Positions 49,435 through 58,328 of a stretch of DNA of 64,000 bases are shown here, one piece after another; positions within the stretch are counted from its first letter, which is position 1; each line of letters starts with the position of its first letter. The stretch comes from an uncultured delta proteobacterium (lineage in GTDB: Bacteria; Myxococcota_A; Polyangia; Polyangiales; Polyangiaceae). The notes beneath the pieces were generated by a model, which worked only from the letters and a program-made list of their open reading frames with translations, made no database searches and was not told the origin of the DNA. A program made the position numbers and the translations under genes. The stretch spans positions 513,029 to 577,028 of the forward strand of contig CAVXQJ010000016.1 of NCBI GenBank assembly GCA_963763745.1, given 5' to 3'.

Positions 49435-50952
49435 ATGGCCAGGTATCTCGGAATCGACATCGGCACGACGAGCGTGAAGGCGGCAGTGCTCCGCGTCGCG
49501 TATCGCAAGCTCGTGCTCGAAGGTCTCGGCTCCGCGCCCATTCCTCCGGACGGAGATCGCGCAGCGGCGATTCGCGAAGCGTCGCAGGCGGCGCTCGGTC
49601 AAGGCGCGGCCGACGGCGTCGCGACGGCCATCCCCGGAACCGAGATCACGCTCCGCACGGTGCGCATCCCCGAGAGCGCGCAGCGTCAGCTCGCCGAGGT
49701 CCTTCCGTTCGAGCTCGAGTCGCAGCTCCCGTTCGATCTCGACGACGCGATCCTCGATTACCGCGTCATCGAGGGTGCGACGAACGACGAAGGCCTCGCC
49801 GTTCTCAGCGCGGTCACGCGCGTCGATGACGCGCGCAAACGCGTCGATCTCGTGAAGAGCGCGCTCGGCACGGAGCCCGAGCGGCTCGGCGTGGGGCCGT
49901 TTCCGCTCGCGAACCTCGCGCCGTATGCGGCCGAGCTCCGCGCGGAAGGGACCGTTGCGCTGCTCGATCTCGGAACGAAGACGAGCGACCTCCTCTTCAT
50001 GCAAGGCGGCGAGCCCGTCTTCGCGCGCACGCTCTCGCTCGGCACCGAAGGTCTCCCACAGACGGCGGCGAGGCTCGCGCGCGAAATCCGTCTGTCGCTC
50101 GCCGCGTTCCGCGCGCAGGGCGGCGTGCTTCCGAACGAGATTTACCTGTGCGGCGGCGGCGCGTTCGTGTCGGGCGCCGAGTCGTTCCTCGCGGCGGAGC
50201 TCGAGCGACCCGTCGTGCGCATGCCTGCGCTCTCGATGGAGCTCGGCGAGCGCGTGGGTCGCATCGCGAACGACTTCCCGCTCTACGCAGTCTCGATCGG
50301 GCTGGCACTATCGCTCTCCTCGCGCGATGGCGGGCTCGACATGCGCAAAGGCCCGCTCGCGTACGAGCGCGGATACGGATGGATGCGCGATCGCATCCCC
50401 GCGCTCGTCGGTCTCGGCGCGGTGATCGCCGTGAGCTTCGTGTTCTCGTCGTGCACGGGCGTCTACGCGGCGTCGAAGGAGCGCACCACCCTCGAAGCGG
50501 CGCTCGGCAACGTGACGAAAGAAGTCTTCGGCGAAGAGACGACGAGCGCCGAGCACGCGACCGAGCTCCTCGCCGCGCAAAACGCGACGGAAGAAGATCC
50601 CCTCGCGCACGCCGACGCGTTCGACGTGATGGTGCGCCTCAGCGAGCACATCCCGCAATCGATGACGCACGACATCGAAGAGCTCGACGTGCAGAAGGGC
50701 CACATCGTCGTTCACGGCATCGTCGGCACGATCACCGAGGCGCAATCCATCGTGACGTCGCTCGCCACCGAGAAGTGCTTCTCCGACGTGAAGAACACGC
50801 GCATCAGCCAAGTCGTCGGAGGCGAGCGACAGAAATACGTGATCGAGTTCGACCTGAAGTGTCCGGAGGACGTGAAGGCGGTGAAGAAGAAGACGGACTC
50901 ATCGGCGTCCGGAAGCGCAGCGTCGAGCGCGACCAGCGCAGCGGGGAAATGA
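49435..50952 (+). CDS. gspL: Type II secretion protein GspL (cytoplasmic actin-like domain, TM, periplasmic domain)
   Basis: YLGIDIGTTSVKAAVL actin-like fold N-terminus, TM helix IPALVGLGAVIAVSFVF, periplasmic C-domain. Confidence 0.65.
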   Translation: MARYLGIDIGTTSVKAAVLRVAYRKLVLEGLGSAPIPPDGDRAAAIREASQAALGQGAADGVATAIPGTEITLRTVRIPESAQRQLAEVLPFELESQLPFDLDDAILDYRVIEGATNDEGLAVLSAVTRVDDARKRVDLVKSALGTEPERLGVGPFPLANLAPYAAELRAEGTVALLDLGTKTSDLLFMQGGEPVFARTLSLGTEGLPQTAARLAREIRLSLAAFRAQGGVLPNEIYLCGGGAFVSGAESFLAAELERPVVRMPALSMELGERVGRIANDFPLYAVSIGLALSLSSRDGGLDMRKGPLAYERGYGWMRDRIPALVGLGAVIAVSFVFSSCTGVYAASKERTTLEAALGNVTKEVFGEETTSAEHATELLAAQNATEEDPLAHADAFDVMVRLSEHIPQSMTHDIEELDVQKGHIVVHGIVGTITEAQSIVTSLATEKCFSDVKNTRISQVVGGERQKYVIEFDLKCPEDVKAVKKKTDSSASGSAASSATSAAGK

Positions 50953-51554
50953 TCATGGCGCAACGGAAACCCTTCTTCGAACGCTTCGGCCTCAACGCGC
51001 GCGAGCAGCGGCTCGCGCAGATCTTCGCCGTCGTCGCTGCGGGCATTCTTCTTCTCGGCGTGCCCATCGGACTCGAGTCGTGGGTCGCGTCGAAGCGCTC
51101 GGGCAACACGGAGCTCCGCGAGGCCATCGATGCGGTGCAAGCGTCGCGCGCGCAGATGCGCGCCTCGCAGTCGAAGCGTGACGCCATCACGAACCGCTAC
51201 GCGCGCAAAGCCCCCGAGCTCGGCGGCTACCTCGAGCAAATGGCGCGCAAACAAAAGCTCGAAGTGACCGACTCCGTCGACCGTCCGCCGCTCCCGATCG
51301 GCAAGCACTACACGGAGCGAAGCACCACGATCCACCTGAAAAAGGCTGGTTTGCTGTCGATCTCGAAATTCATGGAGTCGCTCGAGCAAGCGGGCACGCC
51401 CATCGCCATCAACCGCCTCAACTTGCGACGGCGCACGGGCGAGCAGGATTCGTACGACGTCGAGCTCGGCATCTCCGCCTACGATCGCAACGACAAGCCC
51501 AGCGCCGACGCGAAGGACGCGGGCGCGCGCGCACCGAAGGAGAGGAACAAGTGA
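50949..51554 (+). CDS. gspM: Type II secretion protein GspM-like
   Basis: Single TM (IFAVVAAGILLLGVPIGL) plus periplasmic domain; ATGA overlap with gspL and GTGA overlap with gspN. Confidence 0.55.
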   Translation: MIMAQRKPFFERFGLNAREQRLAQIFAVVAAGILLLGVPIGLESWVASKRSGNTELREAIDAVQASRAQMRASQSKRDAITNRYARKAPELGGYLEQMARKQKLEVTDSVDRPPLPIGKHYTERSTTIHLKKAGLLSISKFMESLEQAGTPIAINRLNLRRRTGEQDSYDVELGISAYDRNDKPSADAKDAGARAPKERNK

Positions 51555-52588
51555 ATCGGTGGAAGGAGCTCCTTCGCAAATACGGCAAGTGGGTTGCGTA
51601 CCCGCTCTTCTATTTGTTCATGTTCGTCCTCTGTCTTCGGCTCGTGTTTCCTTACGAGAAGGTGCGCGAGCGCATCGTCGCGAGCTTCAACTCGCAACAG
51701 CATCCCGGCCCCGGGCAGCAGCAGCTCTCGATCGACGAAGTCGGCGGGTGGTGGCTCACGGGCGTTCGCATCAAAGGCATTCGCATCGTGAGCGCGCCGA
51801 GCGAGCCGGGCGGCGCGCCGAGCGAGATGAAGATCGACGAAGCGCGCGCGAAGATCGGCGTGCTCTCGGCGATGATCGGTCACACCGACGTGAGCTTTCA
51901 CATCGATGCATTCGGCGGCGAGATCGATGGCACGTTCGAAGACAGCGCGAAGGAGCGGAGCGTCGAAGCGGAGCTCGAGGGCGTCGACTTCACGCAGATC
52001 AACGCGCTCACCGATTTGCTCGGCTTGCCCGTCGAGGGCCACGCGAAGGGAAAGCTCCTGCTCGTGATGCCCGAGCAGAAAGCATCGAAGGGAAGCGGGA
52101 CCCTCACGCTCGACGTGGCCGACGTCGCGATCGGCGACGGCAAAGCGAAGCTGAAGAACGCGCTCGACTGGCCGAAGCTCGCCGTCGGTCCGCTCTCGCT
52201 CACCGCGGAAGCGAAAGACGGCGTGCTGAAGATCACGAAGCTCTCGGCGGGCGGAAAAGATCTCGAGCTCTCGGGCGAGGGAAAAGTCCAGATGCGCGAT
52301 CTCGCCAGCGAGAGCACCGTCGACGTGAACATGAAGTTCAAGATCAACGACAGCTACCGGAGCAAGAGCAAGCTCACCGAGGCGCTCTTCGGCGCGGCCG
52401 GCTCGACCAAGGGTGGCGACGTCGATCGATTCGTGCCGAAGATGAAGAGCGCGCACCGCGCCGATGGGTTCTACGCATTTCGCTTGCAAGGTTTGCTCGG
52501 CAAGCTCGATCCGCAACCGAATCCTTCGTACGGCGGGCCGATCGCGCCCGAGCCGCGCGGCACGGCTCCACCGGATCAAGGTCCGTGA
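51551..52588 (+). CDS. gspN: Type II secretion protein GspN-like
   Basis: N-terminal TM (YPLFYLFMFVLCL) and about 300-aa periplasmic domain in the position and with the length of GspN. Confidence 0.55.
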   Translation: MNRWKELLRKYGKWVAYPLFYLFMFVLCLRLVFPYEKVRERIVASFNSQQHPGPGQQQLSIDEVGGWWLTGVRIKGIRIVSAPSEPGGAPSEMKIDEARAKIGVLSAMIGHTDVSFHIDAFGGEIDGTFEDSAKERSVEAELEGVDFTQINALTDLLGLPVEGHAKGKLLLVMPEQKASKGSGTLTLDVADVAIGDGKAKLKNALDWPKLAVGPLSLTAEAKDGVLKITKLSAGGKDLELSGEGKVQMRDLASESTVDVNMKFKINDSYRSKSKLTEALFGAAGSTKGGDVDRFVPKMKSAHRADGFYAFRLQGLLGKLDPQPNPSYGGPIAPEPRGTAPPDQGP

Positions 52589-53355
52589 AGCTCGTCGGGG
52601 TGTGCCACTTGCCCGCGTTGCCCGGAAGTCCGCGCGCGGGACGCCATGCGATGCGCGCCGCGATCGATCGCGCGCGGAGCGACGCGCGCGCGCTCGAGCG
52701 AGCGGGCTTCGACGCGATCATCGTCGAGAATTTCGGCGACGCGCCGTTCTACAAAGACGAAGCGCCCAAGGTCGTGACCGCGGCGATGACCGCATGCGCG
52801 ATCGCCGTGCGCGAAGCGGCGCCGCGACTCTCGCTCGGGATCAACGTGCTCCGAAACGACGCGGGCTCGGCGCTCGCCGTCGCGGCGGCATCGGGCGCGT
52901 CGTTCGTTCGCGTGAACGTGCTCTCGGGCGCGCGCCTGACGGATCAAGGCGTGATCGAAGGACGCGCGGCCGAGGTGATGCGACTCCGCGCGGCGATCGC
53001 GAAGGGCGTGAGCGTGTTCGCCGACGTCGACGTGAAGCACTCCGCGCCCATCGCGGTGCGGCCTATCGAAGAAGAAGTCGCCGAGCTCGCGGACCGCGCA
53101 CACGCGGACGCGATTTTGGTGACGGGCGTCGCGACGGGCGCGCCACCGGACGAACAGGATTTGCTCCGCGTGCGCCGCGCGACTCGCGCGCCGGTGTACG
53201 TCGCGAGCGGCGCGACGGAAGAGACGGTCCGCGCGCTGCTCGATCGATGCGACGGCGTCCTCGTCGGGACGGCGATCAAGCGCGCGCGCCGCGCGGGAGG
53301 CCCCGTCGATTTCGCGCTCGCGAAGCGCTTCGTGCGCGCAGCCAAGAAACGATGA
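52585..53355 (+). CDS. BtpA/SgcQ-family TIM-barrel protein, translationally coupled to gspN
   Basis: GTG overlaps gspN stop (GTGA); VKLVGVCHLPALPGSP...IIVENFGD...LGINVLRND pattern of BtpA family. Confidence 0.65.
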   Translation: MKLVGVCHLPALPGSPRAGRHAMRAAIDRARSDARALERAGFDAIIVENFGDAPFYKDEAPKVVTAAMTACAIAVREAAPRLSLGINVLRNDAGSALAVAAASGASFVRVNVLSGARLTDQGVIEGRAAEVMRLRAAIAKGVSVFADVDVKHSAPIAVRPIEEEVAELADRAHADAILVTGVATGAPPDEQDLLRVRRATRAPVYVASGATEETVRALLDRCDGVLVGTAIKRARRAGGPVDFALAKRFVRAAKKR

Positions 53356-53804
53356 GACGCGTGCCGCGCGCGCTCGCGTTCTTTCTCGTGGTCGCGTGCG
53401 AGCCCCCGCCGACCGTGCAAGTCACGGCGCCGGTCGCGCCCGCGAGCGCGCAAACGCCCATCGCGATCGACGCGCGCCTCGAGCTCGAAGAAGGACCCGA
53501 CCCGAGCTTCGGCGAAGGCGCGACGAGCGTGCGCGCCGTCCTCGTCGTCGCGGCGCTCCAAACGCACAAGCAGCTCTTCGCCGTTCCGTTTCCATATCGA
53601 TGCGCGCGAAGACCGGGCAGCGATCTCGCGATCGAGTGCAGCGGCGACGACGGAAGCGCGTTCGCCACGCTGCGCGCCGACGAGCGCCACATCGTGGCGA
53701 CGGCGCGCGACTACGGCCGCCTCGATCGCAACATCGAAACGATCGAGCTCCCGCTCCCCGTAGGTGTGGTGGTCAACATCTACGCGCCCGCGAAGCTCCC
53801 GTAG
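53352..53804 (+). CDS. Small hypothetical lipoprotein, last gene of the T2SS transcription unit
   Basis: ATGA overlap with upstream gene; MRRVPRALAFFLVVAC lipobox. Confidence 0.45.
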   Translation: MRRVPRALAFFLVVACEPPPTVQVTAPVAPASAQTPIAIDARLELEEGPDPSFGEGATSVRAVLVVAALQTHKQLFAVPFPYRCARRPGSDLAIECSGDDGSAFATLRADERHIVATARDYGRLDRNIETIELPLPVGVVVNIYAPAKLP

Positions 53805-54781
53805 ATCAAAACGTGCCCATCACGAACATGCTCGCCGGGCCCGCGCCCACGCTCACCGTGGACGATTTTCGTCGCGCCGATCACGATGAACGTCACGCCG
53901 AGCGCCGCGAGCACGCCGCCCGCGATGAACCCGATGTCCGAAATCATCGCGAGCGTTCGCGCGTCCGAGAGCGCGTTCGTTTGGCTCGATGGGCACGCGT
54001 TGCCGTTGCACTGATTCTTGATGGTGCTCGTCTCGGAGAGCGACATCACGCCGGTGACGCTCCCGACGCCGATGCCGATGACACCCGCCGCGAGCGTCGC
54101 GATGCCGACGGTCATCCACGGGCCCGAGCGCGAAGGCCGCGCGTCGCTGCTCGTCGTCGACGTGGTCGTGGTCGTGGTGATCACCGGTGTGACGACCGCG
54201 GGCTTCACCGCGACCTCCGCGAGGTCGATGGGGACCTCCTTCGCCTCGCGCTCGAGAACTTGAACGCTCACGCGTCGCTCGATCGCGCCCGCCTTGGCGA
54301 CGATGACGTGCGTGCCGGGATCGAGCTTGCGCGGCAAGCCGACGGCGATCGCGGGGAGCACGACGTCGTCGATGGTCACGGTCGCGCTCTCGGGACCGCT
54401 CTTGAGCGTCACGCGAATCGATGGGACGCGCGACTCGAGATCGTCGGCGAGCTTCTGCGCGGCGGCGCGCGCCTCCGCGAACGGCGCGGGCTCGCCGGGT
54501 GCCTGAGGGATTCGCGCGATGCGCAGCGCTTCATCGCGCGCTTCGACGAGCATGTTCATCATCGACTCGGTCTTCGCGACCTCGAACGCCGTCGTCGGCA
54601 CGTGCATGATCGCGTCAGCGGCTTGGAACGCGCGCAGCGCGGCTTTGAAATCGCTCGCGTCGCGTTTCTGACGACCCTCGGTCATGTACGCGCGCGCCGA
54701 CTCGCGATCCGCGGGGCTCGGCTCGGTGGCGGACGCGCTCACGGCGAAGAAGAGGACGATGGCGGCTGCGGCGTGACGCAT
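53780..54781 (-). CDS. Exported protein with C-terminal TM helices; downstream partner of the Ser/Thr kinase
   Basis: Signal peptide MRHAAAAIVLFFAVSASA; Thr-rich linker; C-terminal TM; start overlaps kinase stop (TGATG). Confidence 0.5.
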   Translation of the reverse strand: MRHAAAAIVLFFAVSASATEPSPADRESARAYMTEGRQKRDASDFKAALRAFQAADAIMHVPTTAFEVAKTESMMNMLVEARDEALRIARIPQAPGEPAPFAEARAAAQKLADDLESRVPSIRVTLKSGPESATVTIDDVVLPAIAVGLPRKLDPGTHVIVAKAGAIERRVSVQVLEREAKEVPIDLAEVAVKPAVVTPVITTTTTTSTTSSDARPSRSGPWMTVGIATLAAGVIGIGVGSVTGVMSLSETSTIKNQCNGNACPSSQTNALSDARTLAMISDIGFIAGGVLAALGVTFIVIGATKIVHGERGRGPGEHVRDGHVLIYGSFAGA

Positions 54782-56340
54782 CAGAAGCCATCATCCACGT
54801 TCTTCGGGGTGGCTGTCGACTTCGACGTCGCCGTTGGCTTCGGCTTCGTCGTTGTTGTGGGCGTCGCGGCGCGCACGGTCGTCGCCGTCGCAGTCGGCGC
54901 TTGAGTCGCGGTGACCGCCGCGATCGTCGATGCCGTCGCCGGTGGCGTCGCGGTCGCGGTGGCTGTCGCGGTTGGTGGAGGCGGAGGCGGAATCCGTGTC
55001 TCGACCGCCGTCGTCACGGCGGGAGGCGGCGGCGAAGGCGAGGCCGTCGTGCGTTGCGTCGATCGCGCGAGCCCGACTCCGATCGCCATCGCAAGGGCGA
55101 GCGCGCACACGCCCATCACCGCACCGACGATGGCGAATCGCTTCCCGCGCGGCGTCACGCTGTTGCGCGGCGCGACGACCGCCGCGGATCCGAGCGTCGC
55201 CGAGCTCGGCACGTCGCTCCCAGTCACGAGAGCCTCGATGTGCACGTCCGACGGCGTCTGCGCCGTGCGCGTGCGAAACGCTTCGCCGATGCCGCTCGCC
55301 GAATCGGGGTTCGACGGCTTGAGCATCTGTTGCAGCTGTTGCCGTTGCTTCGCCGCTTCGAGCGCGAGGTCCACCGCTTTGCGCCGCGACTCCACGCGAT
55401 CGACGAGCTGCTTGTTCACGAACGCGGCGACGTCCGAGTGAAGCGTCGTGTGTCCGCTCGCCGCCATCGCTTGCTCGAGCATGCGCTGAAGCTCTTCGGC
55501 GCTCGAGATGCGCTCGGCGGCGTCTTTCGTGAGCGCGCGCATGACGACGTCCGCGACTTGGGGCGGCACGTGCGGCGGAAGCGCCGGCGGCGGTTTGTCT
55601 TGCGCGAGAAGGTTCAGCGTCGCGAGCTGGTTCTCGCCTTCGAACGGCGGGACGCCCGCGAGCATGTGATAGAGCACCGTGCCGATCGCCCAAATGTCGG
55701 CGCGGCGGTCGACGGGTTTGCCGAGCGCCTGCTCCGGCGCCATGTAGAGAATCTTTCCCTTCAAGAGTCCCGTGTTCGTGTCGCCCGCGACGCGATCGCG
55801 CGCCTTCGCGATGCCGAAGTCGATGAGCTTGGCCTGTCCCTTCGTGCTCACCAGAATATTTTGCGGCGACACGTCGCGGTGCACGACGTTCAAGAGCTCG
55901 TTCTTCTTGTCGCGGAGCTCGTGCGCTGCCTGCAGTCCCGCGCACGTGTCCGCGAGGATGCGGCACACGATGCCGACGGGGAGGCGCTGCGCCGTCTTCT
56001 CCGCCGCGCGAAAGAGCTTCGACAGCGAGTCGCCGTCGATCCACTCCATCGCGAGGTAGAGCACGTCGTGCTCTTCGCCGAGGTCGAGGATCTGCGCGAC
56101 GTTCGGGTGCTCGATGCCCGATGCGATGCGCGCCTCGTCGAGGAACATCTGCTGAAAGCGGAGATCGTTCGCGAAGAGCGGAAGGATCGTCTTCACCGCG
56201 ACGAGCTTCTCGAACCCGTGTTTTCCGTGTTGCCGCGCAAGCCACACGGACGCCATTCCGCCCTGCGCGATGGGACAGAGGAGCTCATACCGATCGAGCC
56301 GATGTCCTGGCTCGAGCCTTTGCTCCGGGCGCTCGTTCAC
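54781..56340 (-). CDS. Ser/Thr protein kinase with TM helix and Pro/Thr/Ala-rich C-terminus
   Basis: Hanks motifs: VAVK, HRDVSPQNIL, DFG, APE; TM AIVGAVMGVCALALAMAIGV. Confidence 0.9.
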   Translation of the reverse strand: MNERPEQRLEPGHRLDRYELLCPIAQGGMASVWLARQHGKHGFEKLVAVKTILPLFANDLRFQQMFLDEARIASGIEHPNVAQILDLGEEHDVLYLAMEWIDGDSLSKLFRAAEKTAQRLPVGIVCRILADTCAGLQAAHELRDKKNELLNVVHRDVSPQNILVSTKGQAKLIDFGIAKARDRVAGDTNTGLLKGKILYMAPEQALGKPVDRRADIWAIGTVLYHMLAGVPPFEGENQLATLNLLAQDKPPPALPPHVPPQVADVVMRALTKDAAERISSAEELQRMLEQAMAASGHTTLHSDVAAFVNKQLVDRVESRRKAVDLALEAAKQRQQLQQMLKPSNPDSASGIGEAFRTRTAQTPSDVHIEALVTGSDVPSSATLGSAAVVAPRNSVTPRGKRFAIVGAVMGVCALALAMAIGVGLARSTQRTTASPSPPPPAVTTAVETRIPPPPPPTATATATATPPATASTIAAVTATQAPTATATTVRAATPTTTTKPKPTATSKSTATPKNVDDGF

Positions 56341-56361
56341 GTCCTAGCAGTGTACGCTTTT

Positions 56362-57000
56362 TCAGCGGCGTCGTCGCGCGGCGCCGTCGGCGAGAATCCG
56401 CTCGATTTCAGCCGCCTCCACGCTTCGGCTGCGCAAACGCGCGAGCACCGCCTCGCGATCCGGATCGTCATCGCGTGGTCTGGCGACGGCGCGCGCGACG
56501 GTCGGCTGCGCTTGCGCGGCGATCATCGCGTCGGCGCGCTCGAGCACGGCTTGCGAGATTTGCATCTCCGCGGTCTGCGTGAGAATCGGGATGATGGCGT
56601 CGGCGGAAGAAGTAGGCGGTGGCGGAGGCGCGGGCGCGGCTTCGGCCTTGGGAGCGGACGCGGGCGGCGGCGGAATCGATCGCTTCACGTCGCGAAGCGC
56701 GCCGACGCGATCGACGAGCGACTTCGATTTCGAGTCGAGCCGCGTGAAGCGAAGCGACAGACCCGGCTCGCCGCCGAACGCGTTGGCTTTGTAACCGACG
56801 ACGCGACCCTCGCCGCGAATGAGCGGCGCGCCCGATGCGAGCGTGAGCTCGAAGCGCAGCACGACTCCATCGGGCCTTTGCTGCGCGCCGACGAGCGTCA
56901 CGCCCGTGCGCGAGATCGTCTCGAGCTCCGCTGCGAAGAATTCGTCTTCCGTCTGATACGGCCGCGTGATGCGGATGGCGACGGGCTTCTGGGCGCTCAC
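56362..57000 (-). CDS. PilZ-like domain protein upstream of the kinase
   Basis: GTG start at 57000 (MSAQKPVAIRITRPY...); RITR ... ETISRTG resembles degenerate RxxxR / DxSxxG PilZ motifs. Confidence 0.45.
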   Translation of the reverse strand: MSAQKPVAIRITRPYQTEDEFFAAELETISRTGVTLVGAQQRPDGVVLRFELTLASGAPLIRGEGRVVGYKANAFGGEPGLSLRFTRLDSKSKSLVDRVGALRDVKRSIPPPPASAPKAEAAPAPPPPPTSSADAIIPILTQTAEMQISQAVLERADAMIAAQAQPTVARAVARPRDDDPDREAVLARLRSRSVEAAEIERILADGAARRRR

Positions 57001-57029
57001 GAAATCAGAATACGCAAAGAACCGCGTTC

Positions 57030-58316
57030 GTGGAAAACTCCCTGCCAGTGAAACGCGTGCTCGTTTTGGGATCGGGATCGCGCGAGCACGCGCTCGTCTG
57101 GCGTTTGGCATCGGAGGGGTGCGAGGTGCTCGCGATGCCCGGAAACGCGGGGACGGCGTCGATCGCGCGAAATGTCGAGGGCCGCGCGGATGACGTGGCC
57201 GCGGTCGTTCTCGTCGCGAAGCGTGAACGCGTCGACCTCGTCGTCGTCGGTCCGGAGCTTCCGCTCGTGAAGGGCGTCGTCGATGCGCTCGAAGCGGAAG
57301 GGGTTCGCGTGTTCGGTCCGTCGCGCGCGGCCGCCGAGCTCGAAGGCTCGAAGGTCTTCATGAAGCGCTTCTTGAAGCGCCACGCGATCCCGACGGCAGA
57401 CTTCGAAGCGTTCGACGACGCGGACGCAGCCGAACGATATGTGCAGAATGCAAATAGGCCGCTCGTCGTGAAGACCGACGGGCTCGCCGCGGGCAAGGGC
57501 GTCGTCGTCGCGAAGGACGCGAACGAAGCGCTCGCTGCGGTGCGCGCCGCGATGCGCGACCGCGTCTTCGGCGACGCGGGGGCGCGCGTCGTGATCGAAG
57601 AGGTCTTGCCGGGCGAAGAGGCGAGCTTCCACGTGCTGACGGACGGCGAACGATTCCTCTCGCTGCCCGCCGCGCAAGATCACAAACGCGTCTTCGACGA
57701 CGATCGCGGACCCAACACGGGCGGCATGGGCGCGTACGCACCAGCGCCCATCGTGACGCCCGAGATCGCGCGCGCGGTCGAAGAGCGCGTCGTCGTTCCC
57801 ACGCTCCGCGGGATGAAGAGCGAGGGCCACCCGTTTCGTGGCGTCCTCTTCGTGGGCCTGATGATTCAGTCACCCGCGACGCCCCGGGTGCTCGAGTTCA
57901 ACGTGCGCTTCGGCGATCCGGAGGCGTGCGTGCTCGTTCCGCTCGTCGACGGGAGCTTGTTCGAATTGTTGCATTCTGCATCGATCGGCGAAATGCCCGC
58001 GAATGTCCGCACGAAGAAGGGCGCGGCGCTCGGCGTCGTGATGGCGGCGAGCGGGTACCCGCAGAAGCCGCGAACGGGCGACGCGATCACCGGGCTCGAT
58101 GCGGCGTCCTCCGCGGACGTGAACGTCTTTCACGCAGGAACGAAACGAGACGGCGATCGCGTGGTGACGAGCGGCGGGCGCGTCCTCTGCGTCACCGCGA
58201 CCGCGGACGATCTGAAGACGGCGCGCGATCGCGCGTACGGCGCGGTCTCGCGCATCCACTTCGACGGCGAGCACCACCGAACCGACATCGGCGCGCGAGG
58301 CATCCGCGGGGCGTGA
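57030..58316 (+). CDS. purD: Phosphoribosylamine--glycine ligase
   Basis: 428 aa; ATP-grasp fold with PurD N, A and C domains. Confidence 0.9.
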   Translation: MENSLPVKRVLVLGSGSREHALVWRLASEGCEVLAMPGNAGTASIARNVEGRADDVAAVVLVAKRERVDLVVVGPELPLVKGVVDALEAEGVRVFGPSRAAAELEGSKVFMKRFLKRHAIPTADFEAFDDADAAERYVQNANRPLVVKTDGLAAGKGVVVAKDANEALAAVRAAMRDRVFGDAGARVVIEEVLPGEEASFHVLTDGERFLSLPAAQDHKRVFDDDRGPNTGGMGAYAPAPIVTPEIARAVEERVVVPTLRGMKSEGHPFRGVLFVGLMIQSPATPRVLEFNVRFGDPEACVLVPLVDGSLFELLHSASIGEMPANVRTKKGAALGVVMAASGYPQKPRTGDAITGLDAASSADVNVFHAGTKRDGDRVVTSGGRVLCVTATADDLKTARDRAYGAVSRIHFDGEHHRTDIGARGIRGA

Positions 58317-58328
58317 AAACGTGCGAAG

